NCBI GenBank assembly: GCA_010909165.1
Contig: MU008158.1
Location: 556,581-620,580 of the forward strand
Direction of reading: 5' to 3'
DNA length: 64,000 bases
Origin: Anthoceros angustus
Lineage: Eukaryota; Plantae; Anthocerotophyta
Positions 10,940 through 22,050 of this stretch are shown one piece after another. The notes under the pieces were generated by a model. That model was given only the letters and a program-made list of their open reading frames with translations. It had not been told where the DNA came from and ran no database searches. How positions within the stretch are numbered: the first letter of the stretch is position 1; each line of letters starts with the position of its first letter. The translations under genes and the position numbers were made by a program.

Positions 10940-13900
10940 ATGGCTTTAACGTCTGAAACTGTGACCAAGCTATGTCATCAAGGCCATGTGAAGCAGGCTG
11001 TTGAGGCTTTGGGAGTTCTGGTGGAGACAGACTGTTGTGTTTCCAGGTCTCTCTTTTATGCTGTTGTGAAGGAATGTGTGGTGAAGAAGAATGTTGTTTT
11101 GGGTCGCCGTGTCCATGCTTTCACAGTGAGGAAGGGTTATGGGGCGGACACGTTCCTGTGCAACCACATCCTGCGGATGTATGCTTCCCATGGCAGGTTG
11201 CAAGAGGCGATGGATGTGTTCACCGTGGTTGCCGAACCAGATGCCTTCATGTGGTCTTCCATAATCTCTGCGCATGTGAAACACGGACGAGACAAGGAGG
11301 CCCTACAACTGTATCGTCTGATGCGCGGGTCGAGTGTGAAGCCGGATGGACATGTGTTTGTGGCAGCGCTTCAGGCTTGTGCAAGGGTAGCAGACTTGAG
11401 AACTGGGCAGGACCTGCATGCAGATGTGCTGGCTAGTGGCGTTGAGCCTGATGTATTTGTATGTAGTTGCTTGGTGCACATGTATGCAAAGTGCGGGAGC
11501 TTAGACGACGCTCAGAGCGTGTTTGATGGACTTGGTGAGAAGAATGTAGTGACATGGACTGCACTCATTGCAGGATATTCCCAGCAGGGCATGGGCCAGC
11601 AAGCGCTTGCTCTCTACAGGGTAATGCAAGCCGAAGGGATAGATGTACCGAATTCAGTCACATTTGTGTGCCTCCTGCAGGCCTGCGCGAGTGTGGGCAC
11701 ATCGGCTTTGGAGCTGGGGAAGCAGCTTCATGCAGAACTTCGTGAACGAGGACATCTTTCGGATATGATTGTTGCCAACAGTTTGGTGAACATGTATGCA
11801 AAGTGCGGCAGCTTGAAAGATGCTCAGAGATTGTTTGATGGGCTTGATAAAAGAGACGTGGCTACGTGGAATGCCATGATGGCTGGATATTCCCAGCAGG
11901 GCATGGGGCAGGAGACACTTAGTCTTTACAGTGCTATGCAAGAAGAAGGCATGGTTGCCCCCGATCCTGTGACATTTGTGTGCCTTCTGCAGGCCTGTGC
12001 AAGTGTGGGCACCTCAGCTTTGGAGATAGGGAACGAGATCTATGCACAGGTTAGAGAACGAGGATATGAAGCTGATGTTTTTGTGACCAGCAGTTTGGTG
12101 AACATGTATGCAAAATGTGGCAGCTTGGAAGTTGCTCAAAGACTGTTTGATGGACTCGGTCAAAAAAATGTGGTTACCTGGAATGCATTGATGGCAGGAT
12201 ACTCCCAGCAAGGCATGGGAAAAGAAGCGCTTCATCTCTACAGTGCTATGCGAGAAGAGGGCTTGGCTGTGCCTGATTCTGTGACATTTGCGTGTGTCCT
12301 GCAAGCATGTGCAAGGTGTGGCAATTTGGAAGACGCTCGGACAGTCTTTAACGGACTTTGTAGAAAAGATGTGGTGATGTGGAATGCCATGATAGCAGGA
12401 TATTCCCAGCAGGGCATGGGTCAGGAGGCCCTTCTTATTTACAGTGCTATGCAAGCAGAAGGCGTGGCTGTACCTGATTCCATGACATTTGTGTTCCTGC
12501 TGCAGGCCTGTGCAGGTATTGGCACCCCAGCTTTGGAGATGGGGAGGGAGCTTCACGCTCAAATTAGAGGATACGGGCATCAAGCTGATGTATTTGTTGC
12601 CAGTAGTTTGGTGAATATGTATGCAAAGTGTGGCAGCTTAAGAGATGCTCAAAGAGTGTTTGACAGACTTGGTAGAAAAGATGTGGTCACGTGGAATGCC
12701 ATGATGGGAGGATATTCCCAGCAGGGCTTGGGGGAGGAAGCCCTTTGTCTTTACAATGTCATGGAAGAAGACGGCGTGACTGCACCTGACTCTGTGACGT
12801 TTGTGTGCCTCCTGCAGGCATGCGCAAGTGTGGGCACAGCAGCTCTGGAGAAGGGGATGCAGCTTCATGCGCAAATCAGGGAACGAGGACATGAAGCTGA
12901 TGCGTTTGTCGGCACCAGTCTGGTAAACATGTATGCAAAGTGTGGCCGCTTGGAAGATGCTCAGCGAGTGTTTGGCATACTACGTCACAAAGACGTGGTG
13001 ACGTGGACTACCATGATAGCAGGATATTCTCAGCAGGGCATGGGGCAGGAAGCCCTTCGTCTTTACTCTGCTATGCAAAAAGAATGTTTTGCTGTACCAG
13101 ACTCCATGACATTCGTTTGCCTCTTGCAGGCTTGTGCAAATGTGGCAGCACTGCATCTGGGTAGGCAGTTACATGCACAGATTAAGGAACAAGGGCTTCA
13201 AGGTGAAGTGTATGTAGCCGCCAGTTTGATAAACATGTACAGCAAGTCTGGGAGCCTTCTTGACGCTCAGGAGGTTTTTGATGCAATGTCGCACAGAGAT
13301 GTTGCCTCCTGGAGTGCACTGATTGCAGGTTACGCCTGTCTAGGAGACAGTGAATCGGTCTTCAACTTGGTGCAGAGAATGGAAGAGGATGGCATACAGC
13401 CAGACAGCATCACTTTCCTTAGTGTATTAACTGTATGCAGTCATGCCAATCTAGTCGATGAAGGCAGAGAGTATTTTGAAGCCATGAGCAAACTCTACAA
13501 AATCCCTCCCACGCTGGAGCACTACACATGCATGCTAGATCTCCTGGGCCGTGCAGGCCGTCTCCATGAGGCACTAGCTTTGGTAAGCACAATGCCTTTA
13601 CTGCCTAATGCAGCAGTTTGGCACACTCTGTTGGGTGCTTGCCAAAAGTGGAGAAATGTAGAGGTTGGACGCCATGCCTTCGACCAAGCAGTGAAGCTAG
13701 ACAAGAAAGATGCTGCAGCATATGTGTTGATGTCGAACATTTACAGAGGTGTGCAGCTGTGGGATCAGGCACAGGAAATGCACGCAAGGAGAAAGGATTT
13801 TAGGGCGTGGAAGCAGCCTGGTCAGAGCTGGTGGACAGACATGGACGGGCTGGTGCATAGCTTTTTGGTTGGGGATGATAAAGCATCCCCAGAGTCACGC

Positions 13901-13957
13901 AAGGCTGACGCAAGTAGTGAACAAAATGACGAAAGGAGCCAAGCCGGCGTGAAGTAG
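10940..13957 (+). CDS. PLS-class E+ PPR protein (PPR3); 5' leader disrupted
   Basis: 1005-aa ORF with P-L-S triplets, E1/E2 and WKQPGQSWWTDMDGLVHSF; no HxE/CxxC deaminase motifs. Confidence 0.93.
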   Translation: MALTSETVTKLCHQGHVKQAVEALGVLVETDCCVSRSLFYAVVKECVVKKNVVLGRRVHAFTVRKGYGADTFLCNHILRMYASHGRLQEAMDVFTVVAEPDAFMWSSIISAHVKHGRDKEALQLYRLMRGSSVKPDGHVFVAALQACARVADLRTGQDLHADVLASGVEPDVFVCSCLVHMYAKCGSLDDAQSVFDGLGEKNVVTWTALIAGYSQQGMGQQALALYRVMQAEGIDVPNSVTFVCLLQACASVGTSALELGKQLHAELRERGHLSDMIVANSLVNMYAKCGSLKDAQRLFDGLDKRDVATWNAMMAGYSQQGMGQETLSLYSAMQEEGMVAPDPVTFVCLLQACASVGTSALEIGNEIYAQVRERGYEADVFVTSSLVNMYAKCGSLEVAQRLFDGLGQKNVVTWNALMAGYSQQGMGKEALHLYSAMREEGLAVPDSVTFACVLQACARCGNLEDARTVFNGLCRKDVVMWNAMIAGYSQQGMGQEALLIYSAMQAEGVAVPDSMTFVFLLQACAGIGTPALEMGRELHAQIRGYGHQADVFVASSLVNMYAKCGSLRDAQRVFDRLGRKDVVTWNAMMGGYSQQGLGEEALCLYNVMEEDGVTAPDSVTFVCLLQACASVGTAALEKGMQLHAQIRERGHEADAFVGTSLVNMYAKCGRLEDAQRVFGILRHKDVVTWTTMIAGYSQQGMGQEALRLYSAMQKECFAVPDSMTFVCLLQACANVAALHLGRQLHAQIKEQGLQGEVYVAASLINMYSKSGSLLDAQEVFDAMSHRDVASWSALIAGYACLGDSESVFNLVQRMEEDGIQPDSITFLSVLTVCSHANLVDEGREYFEAMSKLYKIPPTLEHYTCMLDLLGRAGRLHEALALVSTMPLLPNAAVWHTLLGACQKWRNVEVGRHAFDQAVKLDKKDAAAYVLMSNIYRGVQLWDQAQEMHARRKDFRAWKQPGQSWWTDMDGLVHSFLVGDDKASPESRKADASSEQNDERSQAGVK

Positions 13958-14224
13958 TCGGTGATAAAGAGCACCTCTGGAACTCCTTGCCCCCAAAGTC
14001 GGGCAAAGTTCTCTGTAACAAGAGTATATAAGAATGTCTCTACAATATGGAACTAACAGGTCTGAAGAATGATCAATTTTTCTAACAAAAAGGGATTATT
14101 CTGATGGTCGTCAGAAGTGACCTAACCATAGGTCAACGATGGCGTGAACTAGAGGGACATCGTTGAAATGAGGGATATGATGATAAGAGTGACACTGGCA
14201 AGGTCAAAACTGTAACCGCCAGGG

Positions 14225-16551
14225 CTATGACAACATTCCTCCGGCAGCAGCTTCTCCAATCCGGACAATCAGAGCCCCTAAGGCCCAGTCAAGCGAAACT
14301 TGTCCAACGTGGTTAGTAAACTGGATACTGCATAAACAGCAAAACAAGCATAAGCTCAGTAAGAGTGTCGGCAGCTGATTCGTCTTCGGAATCTTGCCAA
14401 ATTTTACGCAGCACTGGTGGTAGAGAAGTTCACGAACCTTTCATCTTGAAAACCAATGTCGAGACTATCGTGCAGTAGTGCTACTATGTATGACGTGGAG
14501 AAGCAATATTTTAGGAGGTCCTCAGTTCTCACCCCAGGGTGCTCTTGCTGGAGAGCACCCCACTCTGTTTCGCAGTAGTGCTCTCCAGCATTCCTGATCT
14601 GTGACAGTGTCGCATTTGCTGGCAACCCAAAGAACTGATCACAGGCAGACGAGAACAGAAAACAATAAGCAACTGTATCAACCTTGTGAGGGCAAAATGG
14701 CCCACACCTAAAGATACAACTGCCAGTGTGCATGTGACAATGATAGCGTACCTGTGACGTGTAAAAGAAATTCTCAGTTCCAAAAAAGTTCCCACGAAGC
14801 TTGGGAATAAAATGGGAGCTGATAGCACATTTCTTGTATTGGCAGGTATCTGGCAATGAGTTCCCATGTCAAAACCAGACGACCTGCTTTCATCCATAGA
14901 ACAGAAAGGTGTCGAAAAAATGGACCCACGACAAACCTTTGCCTTGCTCTAGGAGATAAAGAGCTGCTTTACGGCACTGGGCAAAATCCCCGGATGAAAC
15001 GATGGTCGAAGGTGGCAACTGATCCGTGGGTATAATTGAGGCCTCCTCTGCCGCAGCCTCTGGAGTTCGATGGTAACCCTTGGGAGTACAGGGGTCCCAT
15101 ACGCGCCCAGTTTCTGCAGCAGGCGAAGCTGCACATGAGTTCCAGCAATGTGTGTTAGTAACTAGATCGCCAAGTTCAAAACAAGGCTACGAACTTCGTT
15201 GGATCAGTAGCAATGGACACAAGTACAGGTCAGATTGCTTCAGCCGGAGTCCTGAACGTACATGCTCTAACAGCACCAGAGTAGAGTAGGTGAAAGAGTT
15301 CCTTCCATGCTGCTTCCTGCAGGGACGGCAAGCACACAATCAATACAACACATTCCTTTGACAAAACCGCAGTAAGCCACTTCTGTAACACAAGACATTG
15401 TTTCACCTGTCCCAACCGCAGAAAGCTATGTATGTACAGCGAATACGTTACACCTCCCAGCTCCACCTTCTCCAGATACTCCTTAGGAGGCGGTGAATCT
15501 GGCACAAATGTCACCTGCGAAGATATCAAACTTAGTTTCCGCCAAAGTCATGGTGAAACTACGCAAAAGGATGCAAATTCCAAAAGCATTGTGCTACCTG
15601 AGCTGATGCTCCCCCCAGCTCAACAATCCCAACAGTGTCACGGGGATCATTCCCAAGCTTATCCAGTGCATAGTTGGCAGCGACCCAGGCGAATTTCCCC
15701 TCATCACTGCCTGAGTAAATGAAGAGCAAGTGTTACAATCTCCGTTGCTTTGACAAAACCTGGCTCCCTGGCAGCTTCTAATCGTTCACTCCGTCAGCCC
15801 ATTTTTCATCCAAGCAGGGAAGGGAAGGGAAGGAGAGGGGAGGTGGACCTGATATGACGGATGCCCAGTGATCTTCAAAGAAAAATGCTGAGCCTCTCAG
15901 AATTGCCCTACAAGAGTCTAATATCCTTTCTCTGATAGGCTCCTCCACTAAGCGCAGCCCAGCTGTGGCCATCAAGTACAGCCTGGTCCGTTGCCACTCC
16001 TTGGCTGGGATGTTGTCCTGAGCGAATTCCATGAGTTCCATCAGCGACGGGCCGGCACCCTCCGGCTCCCCCGCAAACGAGGACAATCCTGGAGTCACCT
16101 TCTTGGACACATCCGATTCAACCCGAGGGATTTTCCCATCGAACACGAACTTGAACACATGAAGCCTGGATCCGCTGCTACCTGCATCAATCACTATCCC
16201 GTACCCCGGAGTGCCTGCCTTCTGAATTCCAGGCCCTCTTGACAGGGAAAACGCGAACAAAGTGACAGAGCAGAATGCGAGGACTGCAACCAGAGTCCAA
16301 ATGTTCCGTTGACAAGCTCCGCGCCAGATGCCACCCGCCACATGCCCCGAGTAGTGGACACGAGGAGTCAGCTGCGTCGTCTTGTGAGGAGCCGGGAACG
16401 CGGAAATGCCTCTGGACAGCAGCTTTGAGGCAGACTCCATTTTGTGAGGAGGGGTACCGGGATCTTCCGAGGCGGCCAAAGATAAGTTGGAACTGGCGCT
16501 TGCAGAGCGGCGCATGAAGCTGCCTATGACCGCGGGTTCATAGCCGCTCAT
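14225..16551 (-). CDS. GDA1/CD39 apyrase (paralog 1), multi-exon
   Basis: N-terminal TM segment; ACR1 IVIDAGSSGSRLHVF, ACR2 MATAGLRL, ACR3 SDEGKFAWVAANY, ACR4 IVELGGASAQ; KYCFSTSYIV; last exon FTNHVGQVSLDWALGAL...MLS*. Alternative in-frame ATG at 16569. Confidence 0.9.
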
Positions 16552-17617
16552 GCTTCCTTCCTGCCTCATCTACCATGCCTTTTCCTTGATCTTGTGCATC
16601 GGGACTGTGGGGTAGGTCACGTCCTCGGGACATATCCCATTCCCGTACTCTGAGTGCCTCGCTTCTGGATGAATCCAAATATAGGACTGGCCCTTTGCCA
16701 AAAGAGATTTCGCAGAGGCTTCAGCGGAGGAAAGGATGTACCATCTCCTAGCTCCCTCGGAACAAAATCTGCGACTGCTCTGTTGCCAACGGAAAGCGCC
16801 AGCCGCCAGAGATCGCACACGGGATTCCTGAGTGGCGAGGCCTCGACGGAATGCGAGGCAGTAAACAGCAAGGACTGTCGGGCAGAGTAGAGAGAGCGGC
16901 GGCATTGGGTTCAGCGGCCAGCCTAAAGCTGCCGTCACATTCCCCCTGAATCGTCGTATCACGCCAAAAACGGGTTCTCTGCGGCAACACTTAATCCACC
17001 CACGCGACATGTAGGTCTTTCATACCGGGTTTGGCAAGTCCTAGACCTGGTGCTTCAGTCTAGCATAACCGCGTGCCGCGGACAGAGAAGGGAAGTTCTT
17101 GAGCGGGTGCCAGAGCGAGGCTGCGCCGATCAGCCCATGGTGAACACATGGGCCAGCTTCAAGTTCGAGTCCCGTCCAAGTCCAATGCGGAGAACGTGCC
17201 TGCGGACTTTGGTCAAGCTTTTCAAAGACAGTAACAATTAATAGCTCATAGCTCTTCATATGACAAAAACCGTGTTCGTGGATTCAGATTTTGACAAACT
17301 GAAGATAGAGTTTCCTGATTGATGAGTTATTGAGGTGTCTTTAACGTTTCTTTTAGAACGATTGCTTTTACCCTGAGGCATTGCTTTTAGTAACTACAAC
17401 CCTGCTGCACATGCACCCTGACAGGGATTCGTTTGGACTGAAGACGTGGCGCTGAAACTCGTTTGGAGGTCCATGGCGGAAGCTGCTTGTTGGGGGAGCT
17501 GGCCTGCTGGTGCTGCCTTTCGGAGACAGGTATCGGACTCTAGCTAGTCTGAGTTTTGGATGTACAAAAGCAGACATGATTGTGTAAATTATGCGCCAAG
17601 GATGATGCTGGCCGGGG

Positions 17618-18956
17618 TCACGTAAGCTCACCCTCCTCAAGCTCTTCACCCTCCTCAATCTCTTCCTCCCGGAAGACCTTGATTTTCTCACAATCTTGTG
17701 TTTCTGGCAATGGAGGCTGAAAAGCTTCCGCAATGATTTGGGTAGGACGAACTTGAGGTTGACCGTCCACAAGAGGGAACCTGGAAGTTCCCTCAGGTAA
17801 AGCTACATAGATCACTGGATACTCGATGATGCATTTGTACGCCAGCTGGGCTCCAATAGGGTCTGACGACTGCAACTCGTAGTAGAGCTGCTTCTCTGCC
17901 TGCAGAGGAGATGAAACGGGTGAGTTCAATGAGGCAAGAAGCAAATGACCTCAGCTCCCTTTGGAAGAATACGCACTGAGCAAGGTTCCTTTCGAATGAA
18001 GAACTTCAACTCGTCCACGGGCACACTTAGGTAAGCCCTCAACTTCCGAGCTGGCACCACACAGGTGCCTCCTTGAGGTGCTAATTGCTTCTCTACCGCG
18101 GTCCTCAGCAATATGTTCTCATCTACTCTGCAAACATGTGACACACGAACGGGCTCTCAACAAGCCTGAACTCCGAGTCTCCGAGCATCAGTTCCTTCAA
18201 CATGTAAGGAGGAAAACCTACCCTGCGTCTGCTACTCGTACATCAGTTGAATCGAATACCCACTCTACCCTCCAATTGATTCTTTTGAACCTGCAAACGC
18301 TCATCGGAACCGAAATTAGGGCAAACGATCGTTTTCCAGCGCAAGCAACCCAAACCTCCATGAAGCGGAAAGGGACAACCTACTTCCTGCAATAGCGACT
18401 GGAGTTGTCCACTCTTCTCGACATCCCATGAGCAAGAAACAGCAGTGTGATGTTGCGGTTTTTGGCCTGTTGCTGCAGTGCCACCTGGACGGGAGTCATG
18501 TGATACTTCAAGCCTCCAAACGGTGCCCTCATCCGCCTAGCGGCATCGGTTAGCCTCACAGCCTCCTCCAAAAAGTGGTAATCTGAAACCAAAACAAAGC
18601 TTGAGAAATTCGAAGAATGTTCCCTGCTGCGAAGGCCACCGAGCTGAGGAATCCGCAACTCGACATCACACGCTCACAGAAAGGGGCCTGCCTAGCAACA
18701 GGTGAGCATCAACCTCTTACAGGTAAGGGAGAAAACCTGAATGGAGCCAATTATCGTCGAATTCCGAGAGGGGCACGAACGCCGTCCGGTCGCGCTTCCC
18801 CGTGCAGGAAGTGCGTCTCTTGTGAGAACTCACGCACTCCAGCCCGCAGGACCGCAACCCGCATCCTGGACACCGGTACTTGGCCGCATTACGCCTGCAC
18901 TCCCCACAGACTGCGTCGCCACGCGGCGACGCAGAAGCCTCCTCGTCCGCCGCCAT
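17618..18956 (-). CDS. ZNHIT6: Box C/D snoRNA protein 1 (HIT zinc finger; BCD1/ZNHIT6-like), about 4 exons
   Basis: CGECRRNAAKYRCPGCGLRSCGLECVSSHK...CTGKRDRT (zf-HIT), then DYHFLEE, GMSRR..N.S, IIEYPVIYV and an acidic tail EEEIEEGEELEEGELT*. Confidence 0.9.
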
Positions 18957-19038
18957 CCGGAGCAACACAGACGGCGGGTAAATACATTGCCTGTGGGTGC
19001 GACGGTGCGACTTAACACGTATATGTAGATCGCCTGTC

Positions 19039-19046
19039 TATATATA
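19039..19046 (-). promoter_or_regulatory. Candidate TATA box for the ZNHIT6-like gene
   Basis: TATATATA about 85 bp upstream of ATG 18956. Confidence 0.35.
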
Positions 19047-19374
19047 TTCTGGATGCCTAACGTAGGACTTCTCTAATAGGCAATCGCTCTCCCAAATTGT
19101 AAAAGTCCGCGAAAGTGATAATTTGGTAGGAAAGTATCGTGACTTGAGCCCATCGCCCATCGAGCAAAAGGACATCACACGAGACCCCTAGGGTGGTAGT
19201 AGTAAGAGGGAGCATCTAAAGTTTCCCATGGTTTTTATTAGGAAGAATGAAAGGCCTACATATTATAGAGGTTGGAGAGGAAGCATCACTTCTATGGTGG
19301 CCGTCCTATCTTTAAATGCACCTTGGAGGGCAATGGACATCCGCTGCCAAAAAGAATGTCGCGACTCATGAGAG

Positions 19375-19438
19375 AGGTAGCCCTGCATCATGTCAACAAC
19401 CCTAATAGGTAGCCCTGCATCATGTCAACAACCCTAAT
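19375..19438. repeat. 32-bp direct tandem duplication
   Basis: aggtagccctgcatcatgtcaacaaccctaat x2. Confidence 0.9.
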
Positions 19439-19698
19439 AGGCTTTAACGAAGGACTTGATAAGTTTAGCAAAGTCCTAAGTCAATACCCCGTACGTTTCC
19501 AAGGCAAGCGAGATGAATTGGTGGCCTACTTGCATCCTCTTTCCTTCTTAGTCTTGGCTGTCATCCAACCTGGATGATTAGTAATGACATGTGTACAAGT
19601 GGCGTCTCGTGTAGGGTCAGTGACCACCATGTCTGCCACTGTGACTTGGTCACCTTGAACAAGGTACAAGTCAGCCCTAACCGTCTAACCTGTGCAAA

Positions 19699-21095
19699 GA
19701 GTGTACCAAATTATGCTCCCTTCATGTCGTATAATCACTTTCGCGGGCCATTGCAAACATGACGTCCAGAAATTAATGTTATCATGGGTGGCAATGCAAT
19801 GACCCCCATTGGAACAACGAGCAAGATATATCCCACGTGCATCAAGGCAGAGCTGCATTCACAAGAAGGAAAGGGGGAAGCCATTGGTTGCACCAAGCCC
19901 ATACACAATCACATCTCAGTTGTGGAAGTTGTTAGTGCAATGTGGAACCCTTAGGTACATGGACGAGCCAGTAGCCAAGAACCCACACCCTTCCCATGAC
20001 ATGAGCGAAGACGGGCTCTTGTGGACCTTGAGATGGAGATGTCTAGAAGGATGGACTTCAAAATTCCTTGCCATCAATCCACCGGTTTCAAGTCATGTTG
20101 CTGTTCCGCCCTATCTCGGATCATTTGACGTTGAGATAATCAGCGAGCTAATCAGCCAACACATTGCCCTGGCTTTCATGCTTTTGGCTACTTTGCGAAA
20201 TATTGTAGCGGACACTCCAAACATTGCTGCCAAAGTTATAAATGCCATAGTCACACAATGCTTCACTTCCTATATGAAATTCCAGAATACGTCCTGATTT
20301 ACCATTTGTGCAATTTTTTCTTGTGGTGAATGTTGAATAAATTCTAATGGGAGACTAAGATGCGTGAGCTTTGGCCTCTGCTTGATAGGGAATCTGGGGC
20401 GTTCATGTTTACTCATCCAGATCCAGATCCTAGAGCATCGTGGCCAAGCCATCACTATCATGTGTGCAAGTAATTAATTAATTATAGTAATTAGGAAATA
20501 AGTGATAATTAGGTATTTTCGGGAATTAAGAAATGGATAACTCCATGGAATGTATGAGAGCCCAACCTGAAATAGGTTGACTGCGAAGATGGTGGGAGAA
20601 AGCAGTGAACATGATCTGGTGGCCGCAAGTAGGCGCAAGATGGTGATTGCGAGAACGGCGAGATACCGGCAGCCAAGTCTAGGAACAAAACCATACTCAT
20701 TGCAAGATTGAGTAGCTGTAAGCTTGTATCTTCTGATAAAAAATCTAATGTGTGTGTGTTTGCGAGATAATACAATCGTGTGCAGATTGAAGAGTTTGGC
20801 TATAGCTCGAAGTGGGTTGAGGTTGAAGTGTGGAAATGACTGTACTTTGTGGTGTGTGTGAATGCGTGGGAGGGGGCGAAAATCTTATTGTACATGCAGC
20901 CTGCGTAGAACGCATTGTTGTGCATGTATGTATGTGCATATATACAAGCCACAATGACTTGCCAATTGCCTCGCTGGAATCACGAAGAGAGCATAATTTG
21001 GTACACTCCCAATTGCCAATTGCCTCGCTGGAATCAGCTCAAACTTTTTATGGTGCCCGAGATTCAGGGGTAAGGGAGCATAATTTGGTACACTC
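19699..21095. mobile_element. Possible non-autonomous DNA-transposon relic bounded by a 24-bp perfect inverted repeat
   Basis: 19699-19722 gagtgtaccaaattatgctccctt is the exact reverse complement of 21072-21095. No TSD or transposase is seen. Confidence 0.3.
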
Positions 21096-21160
21096 CCAAT
21101 TGCCAATTGCCTCGCTGGAATCAGCTCAAACTTTTTATGGTGCCCGAGATTCAGGGGTAA
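20989..21160. repeat. 87-bp tandem duplication x2
   Basis: Unit gagcataatttggtacactcc...gattcaggggtaa; the overlapping ORF shows the 29-aa unit twice. Confidence 0.9.
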
Positions 21161-21702
21161 TTAACTGCAACTGATCGTGGATGGGCAAATGAAATACATT
21201 GCATGTGAAATCAACAGGAGTTCAGAACAAAGACCAGCAAGTAGCTAGCCAAGATGTGGCGACCACCATCTTTGGAAGTCACCAAAAAAGCCTGTAAAAG
21301 AACACACTGTATGTATAGAGCATGAGTTCATCCATGTTAGTCAGAACATTATACCATAAATACCATCATCCAAAGCAAGTGTGGAGTGTGCACAATCATG
21401 CTGTTTAAGAAACATGAAACACACACCATGACCTACAAACCTCATGACTGTGATGAGACAAAAACTCAGCAGCAAGGAAACTCCAGGAACTATCATGAGG
21501 ATGCAGATCCCAAGAACTAGATGTTGCAAAGAGAAAGCATCACAGACACGAGGCTTTTTATTGGCTGCAATATGGCGGGAAGGTAAGTTAATAGCCGCCC
21601 AATATCTAAGAACCCGTCAGTATCATCAAAAATTGAAAACAAAAAATTGAAGCCACGCAATGGCTAGCTACTGGTTGGCAGGCAACAAAGTGTAAGTGAT
21701 GC

Positions 21703-21710
21703 TATGTATG

Positions 21711-21744
<34 letters not shown>

Positions 21745-21850
21745 TGTATGTATGTATGTATGTATGTATGTATGTATGTATGTATGTATGTATGCATGTA
21801 TGTATGTATGTATGTATGTATGTATGTATGTATGTATGTATGTATGTATA
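21703..21850. repeat. (TATG)n microsatellite
   Basis: About 36 near-perfect tetranucleotide units. Confidence 0.98.
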
Positions 21851-22050
21851 TCATGGTGTGAAAAAACCTGATGAATTAATTAAGCGTGTATGCACGACAC
21901 ACCTCCGCACAGTACGACAGGCGGATCTTGAAGACTACGAGTTTGATTTGGTTTCTTGCTTCTTTCGATGTTAAAAAGGGTGTTCTTAAGGTAGTTTAAC
22001 CTTATGTTAATCATGTCATTCTTCTTGTCGTGTCGTATCTAGTGTTGTGA

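Noticed and set aside
45-14021. Many short antisense and off-frame ORFs over the PPR genes
   Set aside because: Repetitive shadows of the PPR cassettes.
13955-14060. Possible degenerate DYW domain after the PPR3 stop (IKSTSGTP, RVYKN)
   Set aside because: Resemblance is too weak; no HxE or CxxC in the frames I read.
19809-20297. 162-aa ORF inside the inverted-repeat interval as a transposase
   Set aside because: No DDE or other transposase motif found in the frames examined.
21696-21974. ORF with (MYVC)n
   Set aside because: Translation of the (TATG)n microsatellite.
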